Under the pieces are notes generated by a model. The model ran no database searches. It was not told where the DNA came from and saw only the letters and a list, made by a program, of their open reading frames with translations. From IMG/VR virus record IMGVR_UViG_2579778961_000003: a stretch of 40,444 nt of DNA. One strand, 5' to 3'. The translations under genes and the position numbers were made by a program. Source of the stretch: a virus. Lineage: Duplodnaviria > Heunggongvirae > Uroviricota > Caudoviricetes. Shown one piece after another: positions 37,530 to 40,444 of the stretch. Positions within the stretch are counted from its first letter, which is position 1, and each line of letters begins with the position of its first letter.

Positions 37530-37724
37530 ATGATATTTAAATGTATTCAGTGCGAGAGGGATATAACAGCCCTGCGTTTTCACAGCGCCATCGCCGTGAT
37601 GTCCGGTAAATACCACATCCCTGCGGTACGCGTCACCCTGGTCTGCCCGTACTGCAGCCAGCATTTTTCGGCAGACGTGCCCGTCATGGAATTCTCCCGC
37701 CCTGACAGGGAGGACTCGCAATGA
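37530..37724 (+). CDS. Small zinc-ribbon protein
   Basis: Two CxxC pairs (CIQC ... CPYC) in 64 aa. Confidence 0.45.
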   Translation: MIFKCIQCERDITALRFHSAIAVMSGKYHIPAVRVTLVCPYCSQHFSADVPVMEFSRPDREDSQ

Positions 37725-37993
37725 TTACCCCACAGGAAGCACGACAGCGCACCCGAACCCTTGTTGAACACTATGTCAACGAGTGTGAATGCCGCGACCT
37801 CACCGATGTGAAGCACGTCCTGACGGCGCTAATCAGCATGGCCACACAGGCCATTGTGGCGACCAACGGAAAGGAGGCTGCCCTGCAGGTACTGATGAAC
37901 ACACTCACCCACACGGCAGAGCATGAGGTGCCGTACCGGATGGAAACCACTGCAGAAGGCGGCCTGCACATCACCGTCAGCCGGAAGCACTGA
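37721..37993 (+). CDS. Hypothetical early protein
   Basis: 90 aa ORF, start overlaps upstream stop. Confidence 0.4.
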   Translation: MITPQEARQRTRTLVEHYVNECECRDLTDVKHVLTALISMATQAIVATNGKEAALQVLMNTLTHTAEHEVPYRMETTAEGGLHITVSRKH

Positions 37994-38002
37994 GGGCGCG
38001 GC

Positions 38003-38299
38003 ATGACACGAAACACCGAACTCACCCGCACCGCCCTCTACCGTCTGGCCCTGCAGCGTTTCGGGCCGGACGCACAGGCCCTGAAACTGGCAGAAGAGGC
38101 CGCTGAACTGGCGGCCAGTGCCGCCCGCAACCTGAACGGACAGGGCAGCGAAAGTGACCTCGCGGCAGAGCTGGCAGACGTGGAAATCATGACAGAGCAA
38201 CTGCGCCTTCAGGGGATGGACCGGCTGATTGACTTCCACAAACAGAAAAAACTGGAACGTCTGGCTGCACGACTGGGCGTGATTTACACGAACGAGTAA
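38003..38299 (+). CDS. Small MazG-like nucleotide pyrophosphohydrolase (putative)
   Basis: 98 aa, EEAAELA...ELADVEIM pattern reminiscent of MazG-like helices; assignment tentative. Confidence 0.4.
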   Translation: MTRNTELTRTALYRLALQRFGPDAQALKLAEEAAELAASAARNLNGQGSESDLAAELADVEIMTEQLRLQGMDRLIDFHKQKKLERLAARLGVIYTNE

Positions 38300-38313
38300 C
38301 CGGGAGGCATTCA

Positions 38314-38529
38314 ATGGCTGACATACTCAGGGAAATCACCGCATGGACACTGATTCTTACTGGCCTGGCGACATGCCTCAGTGCGGGGGCAGCCCTGGCT
38401 GCCCTGCTGATGCACATAACAACACAGTGGTTATGGGAAAAGCTTAAAGCAGCATACAGCCTGAAAGAGCTGTCCGACGCTGTCCGGGCATGGAAACGGC
38501 AGAAAAATACCGGAGATACAGAACAATGA
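38314..38529 (+). CDS. Small membrane protein
   Basis: 71 aa with one hydrophobic segment (WTLILTGLATCLSAGAALAALL). Confidence 0.4.
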   Translation: MADILREITAWTLILTGLATCLSAGAALAALLMHITTQWLWEKLKAAYSLKELSDAVRAWKRQKNTGDTEQ

Positions 38530-39209
38530 CAGACCAGAATAAACACATTGAGAAACTGAAAAAGTTGCTGGCGCTGGCCGCATCCGGCAACCCGCACGAG
38601 GCCGCTCTGGCACTGCGCCGAGCCCGTAAACTGATGGATGTTCACGGCATCACACATTCCGACATTGCTATGAGTGATATTGATGAAACCATCAGTCACT
38701 ACTGGCCGACAGGCAGTCTCCGTCCACCGCGCTACATGCTGGGCCTGATGAACATCATCCGCGAGGTATTTGGTGTTAACTCCATCATTCACCCCGGCAC
38801 GCATCCGTCTGTGGGGTTCTACGGCAACCGGGAACGTGCGGCACTGGCTGCATACACCTGGGAAGTGCTGGCCCGTCAGCTGAAAAAGGCGCGTCAGCAG
38901 TATATCAGTGCACAGAACAAAAGAATAAAAACCGCCACCCGCACCAGCCGTGGAGACCAGTTTGCCGAAGGCTGGGTGCTGGCCGTTATCAGTGAAATAC
39001 AGTCCTTTGCCCTGACCGATGATGAGCGTGAACTGATGCAGCAGTGGCTGGAACATAAATACCCGCAGACGCAAACCACCAGGGCGCGTAAACCGGGAAG
39101 AAGCCGCAATGGCGACGCCTCGCGCTATGCGGGGTTTCGTGAAGGGCAGAACGTCAGACTGCACCGCCCGGTCAGTGGGCAGGAACAACAGAAACTGGAG
39201 GCCAGATGA
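38526..39209 (+). CDS. Hypothetical early protein (DUF2786-like N-terminus)
   Basis: N-terminal IEKLKKLLALAASGNPHEAALALRRA pattern; start placed at ATG 38526. Confidence 0.45.
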   Translation: MTDQNKHIEKLKKLLALAASGNPHEAALALRRARKLMDVHGITHSDIAMSDIDETISHYWPTGSLRPPRYMLGLMNIIREVFGVNSIIHPGTHPSVGFYGNRERAALAAYTWEVLARQLKKARQQYISAQNKRIKTATRTSRGDQFAEGWVLAVISEIQSFALTDDERELMQQWLEHKYPQTQTTRARKPGRSRNGDASRYAGFREGQNVRLHRPVSGQEQQKLEAR

Positions 39210-39436
39210 TTACGCTATCAGGTAAAAGCCGGAAATTAAAAGCCTGCCGAATATCTGCCAGATACCTTTTTGCCCGCGCCTTTTTTAAGAACGTCAGGCC
39301 GGGGATCACAATTGGTGTTATTGCCGGACGCGAACAGGTTGAAAAATACATGTCAGGTGCATGGTGGAATAACGACCCTGTCATTGCTGCCCGTAATATT
39401 CATATCGAATGGGGAGGTATTCAGAATGACTACTGA
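39206..39436 (+). CDS. Hypothetical protein
   Basis: 76 aa ORF. Confidence 0.3.
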   Translation: MITLSGKSRKLKACRISARYLFARAFFKNVRPGITIGVIAGREQVEKYMSGAWWNNDPVIAARNIHIEWGGIQNDY

Positions 39437-39632
39437 AACCATTGTCTGTTTTCTTTTCTGGTATATGTACGCAGGATCATGCAGCGCAAGACTTCATCGT
39501 TCCCTGGGCTATGGCAGGCACTACGACACCGCGCATTACATCCTGTACATGACCGCCGTCATGTTGTTCTGGCCAGTCACCCTGCCAGCTGCAACCGACA
39601 TTGTTGCCGACAGACTGAAAAAAAGGAGATGA
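39426..39632 (+). CDS. Small hydrophobic protein
   Basis: 68 aa, two hydrophobic segments. Confidence 0.35.
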   Translation: MTTETIVCFLFWYMYAGSCSARLHRSLGYGRHYDTAHYILYMTAVMLFWPVTLPAATDIVADRLKKRR

Positions 39633-39633
39633 T

Positions 39634-40083
39634 ATGCAGAAAAAACGCCTGATACAGCTTATCCATATTGCCCGTAATGAACTGGGTATGGATGAAGACA
39701 CCTACCGCCAGATGTTACAGGGGCTGACCGGTAAAGCCTCAACCAAAGGAATGGATACCACACAACTAAACTGCGTGCTGGAATCCATGAAAAAGAAAGG
39801 CTTTCGCGTTAAACCAGCCAGAAAAGCCAGCTCCGGTTTACCGCTTGATAACCATCCGCAGTCCAGGAAAATTCGTGCGCTATGGCTTGAAATGGCTGCT
39901 GCCGGCATTGTTCGTGACCGTTCAGAAAATGCATTAGCGAGGTGGATCAAGCGGGAAACGGGCATCAGCGCCCTGCGCTGGCTCAGTACTGAACAGGCAA
40001 GCAGTGTTATTGAGAAACTGAAGAAGTGGCAGCGCAGAGCTGCGGGAGTCAAACATGAGCGACCTGAATCAGTTTCGAAGTAA
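39634..40083 (+). CDS. GemA-like regulatory protein (Mu gp16-like)
   Basis: 149 aa; N-terminal LIQLIHIARNELGMDEDTYRQML pattern; located immediately upstream of the Mor-like gene as in Mu. Confidence 0.55.
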   Translation: MQKKRLIQLIHIARNELGMDEDTYRQMLQGLTGKASTKGMDTTQLNCVLESMKKKGFRVKPARKASSGLPLDNHPQSRKIRALWLEMAAAGIVRDRSENALARWIKRETGISALRWLSTEQASSVIEKLKKWQRRAAGVKHERPESVSK

Positions 40084-40444
40084 GGGGCCGGAACTCCTGG
40101 TGGAACTGGCACAGCATACCTCTGAGACCGTTCGCGAGATTATTGATATTGAGCCCGAAGTTGCCGACCAGATTGGTCAGGCCGTCGCGAACCGAATGAT
40201 GCAGGTCTGGGGCGGGCAAAACGTTTATTTCCCGATGGGCATGGTATGGAAGGTCAGTCAGCGCGACCGGGAAATCTTCAGGGAGTTTAACGGACGCAAC
40301 CACCACGAACTGGCCCGCAAATTTGGTGTTTCGCTTCAGTGGGTCTACAGCGTGGTTAAGCGGGTAAGAAAAGAAGAACTGGATCGGATGCAGGGCAAGC
40401 TATTTGCTGATGAACCCGATGCAGATACGGAGAAAAAAGAGTAA
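40055..40444 (+). CDS. mor: Mor/C-family transcriptional activator (Mor-like)
   Basis: 129 aa with GGQNVYFPMG ... FNGRNHHELARKFGVSLQWVYSVV, matching the Mor/C family pattern as recalled; complete ORF ends at window end. Confidence 0.7.
   Translation: MSDLNQFRSKGPELLVELAQHTSETVREIIDIEPEVADQIGQAVANRMMQVWGGQNVYFPMGMVWKVSQRDREIFREFNGRNHHELARKFGVSLQWVYSVVKRVRKEELDRMQGKLFADEPDADTEKKE

Larger units (their letters stand above)
1455..40444 (-). mobile_element. Mu-like transposable prophage (Mu-type head, P2-type tail), truncated by window end
   Basis: Mu-type terminal sequence at 1455, invertase, invertible fibre segment, P2-like tail genes, Mu-like head genes, lysis cassette, then repressor, DDE transposase, B-like ATPase, Gam, GemA-like and Mor-like genes. 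Confidence 0.85.

Noticed and set aside
1-40444. CRISPR arrays, rRNA or tRNA genes
   Set aside because: No regularly spaced short direct repeats, no rRNA-like sequence and no tRNA cloverleaf recognised by eye; a tRNA scan was not possible, so a tRNA cannot be formally excluded.

Overview
The window opens with a complete host aroA gene (EPSP synthase, 1..1284) and its terminator; from about 1455 to the window end it is occupied by a Mu-like transposable prophage that continues beyond 40444. All calls are from reading the sequence and ORF track by eye; no database search was run. The prophage has a Mu-type end next to aroA, a Gin-family invertase and an invertible tail-fibre segment (about 2180..3783), a P2-type contractile tail module, and a Mu-type head module and lysis cassette, all on the minus strand. 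An IS66-family insertion sequence (18615..21146, 8-bp target duplication TGACCATC) splits the head protease/scaffold gene I, so the prophage is probably defective. The early region (repressor, operator, Ner-like regulator, DDE transposase, B-like ATPase, Gam, GemA-like, Mor-like) lies at 31393..40444 on the plus strand, so early and late modules diverge rather than being colinear as in Mu. Between them sits a lower-GC accessory island (28999..31276) with a P-loop protein, two small unknown ORFs and an orphan Dam-type methyltransferase; this island and a small ORF inserted between the tail tube and tail chaperone genes are the best candidates for undescribed functions. No rRNA or CRISPR array was seen and no tRNA was recognised by eye.
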